This document shows, in pieces, positions 60,272 through 62,092 of a stretch of DNA of 62,092 bases (the stretch's first letter is position 1; every line of letters begins with the position of its first letter). Source of the DNA: Zetaproteobacteria bacterium (GTDB taxonomy: Bacteria; Pseudomonadota; Zetaproteobacteria; Mariprofundales; J009); NCBI GenBank assembly GCA_003696765.1, contig RFFX01000040.1:1-62092 (forward strand). Direction: 5' to 3'. Both the position numbers and the translations under genes were made by a program. The notes beneath the pieces were generated by a model, which saw only the letters and a list, made by a program, of their open reading frames with translations, had not been told where the DNA came from and ran no database searches.

Positions 60272-61690
60272 TTACAGTCCGAGATGGGTGGCGACGGCCA
60301 CGGCGACGGCGGCGGCGATGTCCTCGCGGCGTTCGTAGGGCTGATAGTCGAGCAGCTCGGGGTGCTGCTCCATGAAGCCTGTGTCGAAGTCTCCGGCGGC
60401 GAAGGCGTCGGAGGCGACGATGTTGCGGTAGAGCGGCAGGGTGGTCTTCAACCCGCGGATGTCGTACTCCTCCAGTGCACGGAGCGCCCGCCGGACCGTC
60501 TGCCGCCAGTCCCGCCCCCAGACGGTGAGCTTGGCGCACATCGAGTCGTAGTGGGGCGGGATGGTGTAGCCGGCGTAGACACAGCCGTCGACCCGCACTC
60601 CGGGGCCGCCGGCCGAGTGGTAGCGGGTGATCAGCCCGGGATCGGGGAAGAAGTCGTTCTTCGGATCCTCGGCGTTGATGCGGAACTCGATGGCACAGCC
60701 GCGGTAGTCGATCTCCTCCTGGCTGTAGCCCAGCGGTTCGCCGCTGGCGATGCGGATCTGCTCGGAGACGATGTCGATGCCGGTGATCGCCTCGGTGATG
60801 GTGTGCTCCACCTGCAGGCGGGTGTTCATCTCCATGAAGTAGAAGTTGTGGTCACCATCGACCAGAAACTCGACGGTGCCGGCGTTGACGTAGTCGACCG
60901 CCCGGGCGGCGCGCACCGCCACCGCACCCATGGCCGCGCGCTGCTCGTCGCTGAGGAAGTTGGATGGGGCCAGCTCGATCAGCTTCTGGTTGCGTCGCTG
61001 GATGGAGCAGTCGCGGTCGAAGAGGTGGACCACGTTGCCATGGCTGTCGGCGAGCACCTGGAACTCGATGTGGCGCGGGGCGACGATGCACTTCTCCATG
61101 AACAGCTCGTCGCTGCCGAAGGCCGCCTTGGCTTCGCGGCCGGTGATGGCGAAGTTCTCGCGCAGTTGCTCCTCATCGTCGCAGCGGCGGATGCCGCGCC
61201 CGCCACCCCCGGCGGCCGCCTTGAGCATCACCGGGTAGCCCATGGCATCGGCCAGCGCCAGCGCGTGGTCGAGGTCGCGCAGGGCTCCGTCCGATCCGGG
61301 AATGACCGGAATGCCGGCGGCGATCATGGTGGCGCGCGCCCGGGTCTTGTTGCCCATATTGGCGATCGCCTCCGGGCCGGGTCCGATGTAGGTCAGCCCC
61401 GCTTCCTCTACCCGGCGGGCGAACTCGGCGTTCTCCGACAGGAAGCCGTAGCCGGGGTGGACGGCATCGCACCCGGTCTTGACGGCGATGTCGATGATTC
61501 GATGGATGTTGAGGTAGCTCTTGACCGGGTCGGGGCCGATGAGCACCGCCTGGTCGGCCTTCTTGACATGCAGGGCGTGGGTGTCGGCCTCGGAGAAGAT
61601 GGCCACGGTCTCGATGCCCAGCTCCCGGCATGAGCGCTGGATGCGGACGGCGCATTCGCCTCGGTTGGCGATCAGGATGCGGTGGAACAA
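60272..61690 (-). CDS. pycA: pyruvate carboxylase subunit A (biotin carboxylase)
   Basis: TTG 61690 follows GGGAGGAGGA. ILIANRGECAVRI, GYPVMLKAAAGGGGRGI and EMNTRLQVEHTITE. Confidence 0.92.
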   Translation of the reverse strand: MFHRILIANRGECAVRIQRSCRELGIETVAIFSEADTHALHVKKADQAVLIGPDPVKSYLNIHRIIDIAVKTGCDAVHPGYGFLSENAEFARRVEEAGLTYIGPGPEAIANMGNKTRARATMIAAGIPVIPGSDGALRDLDHALALADAMGYPVMLKAAAGGGGRGIRRCDDEEQLRENFAITGREAKAAFGSDELFMEKCIVAPRHIEFQVLADSHGNVVHLFDRDCSIQRRNQKLIELAPSNFLSDEQRAAMGAVAVRAARAVDYVNAGTVEFLVDGDHNFYFMEMNTRLQVEHTITEAITGIDIVSEQIRIASGEPLGYSQEEIDYRGCAIEFRINAEDPKNDFFPDPGLITRYHSAGGPGVRVDGCVYAGYTIPPHYDSMCAKLTVWGRDWRQTVRRALRALEEYDIRGLKTTLPLYRNIVASDAFAAGDFDTGFMEQHPELLDYQPYERREDIAAAVAVAVATHLGL

Positions 61691-61800
61691 TCCTCCTCCC
61701 GGGGTGGAGATTCCTGCCACGGTGGGACGGGCGGTTCGGTGGAGCACCCACGAGGACAGGGTGGGGCATGATACCATGCCCCCGCGCGCCGCTCAATGGT

Positions 61801-61912
61801 GATCAAACCGCAAAACGTCCGTCCGTGGACTTTTTGCTTGACGGCGATCGAAGAACGCGCTCTTCGACCCCCTTACGAATGCACCGATTGCATGCGCAAT
61901 CCCCTGTTTTGT
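61801..61912 (-). repeat. FDTGH repeat family, partial copy (H, G, degenerate T)
   Basis: GATCAAACCGCAAAACGTCCGTCCGTGGACTTTTTGCTTGACGG / CGATCGAAGAACGCGCTCTTCGACC / CCTTACGAATGCACCGATTGCATGCGCAAT. Confidence 0.75.
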
Positions 61913-61997
61913 ACAACCGGACGGGATGGCACGTATTGGGAGTACGGGGCGGACCGGTGCAGCATGGTGGGTCCCCTTCGCGGTTGGGGGTGCGCTT

Positions 61998-62092
61998 CTA
62001 ATGCACCCGGCGCCACAGGATGCGCTCGAAGCCGACCGAGACCACGGCGAAGCTGCACAGCTTCATCGCCGCGCCGTATTTGGCCTGCAGGC
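61998..62092 (-). CDS. 3' end of an unidentified gene (partial, runs off the window)
   Basis: The minus-strand frame ends ...AKYGAAMKLCSFAVVSVGFERILWRRVH-TAG. Of its 30 codons, 28 end in G or C, matching the coding bias of the window. Confidence 0.45.
   Translation of the reverse strand, partial: LQAKYGAAMKLCSFAVVSVGFERILWRRVH

Overview
This is a 62-kb, visibly GC-rich chromosomal segment from a Gram-negative bacterium. The murA-hisG-hisD-hisC-hisB and pycAB-tmk-holB arrangements, plus Lpt- and TonB-type genes, suggest a gamma- or beta-proteobacterium-like lineage, but that is inference only. I call about 56 protein genes. Nearly all are core housekeeping: ppk, gyrA-serS-metG, guaBA, prmC-prfA-hemA, mutY, hppA, icd, ligA, a DegP-like protease, apbE, erpA, leuD, murA, hisGDCB, cysS, glnE, phoU, hemJ, holB, tmk and two-subunit pyruvate carboxylase. 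The genes are tightly packed, often with 1-23-nt overlaps. I saw no rRNA, tRNA, CRISPR array, IS element, integrase or prophage. The stand-out signal is non-coding. A modular repeat of about 160 nt, built of five consecutive hairpins (here named F-D-T-G-H), occurs as 10 full and 7 partial copies in 13 intergenic spacers, about 2 kb in total. Copies show base-pair-preserving substitutions. The repeat is nearly always in sense orientation to the flanking genes. It often contains the upstream stop codon or abuts the downstream start codon. I do not recognise it as a named repeat or ncRNA family. Secondary curiosities are a WYL regulator paired with a Tat-signal HIRAN protein at the left edge, a solitary rnfE, an orphan mini flagellar-rod-like protein, a Kv-type channel with a zinc-ribbon tail, and several ambiguous or non-canonical start sites. 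All identifications rest on motifs read from the supplied translations. No database search was run.
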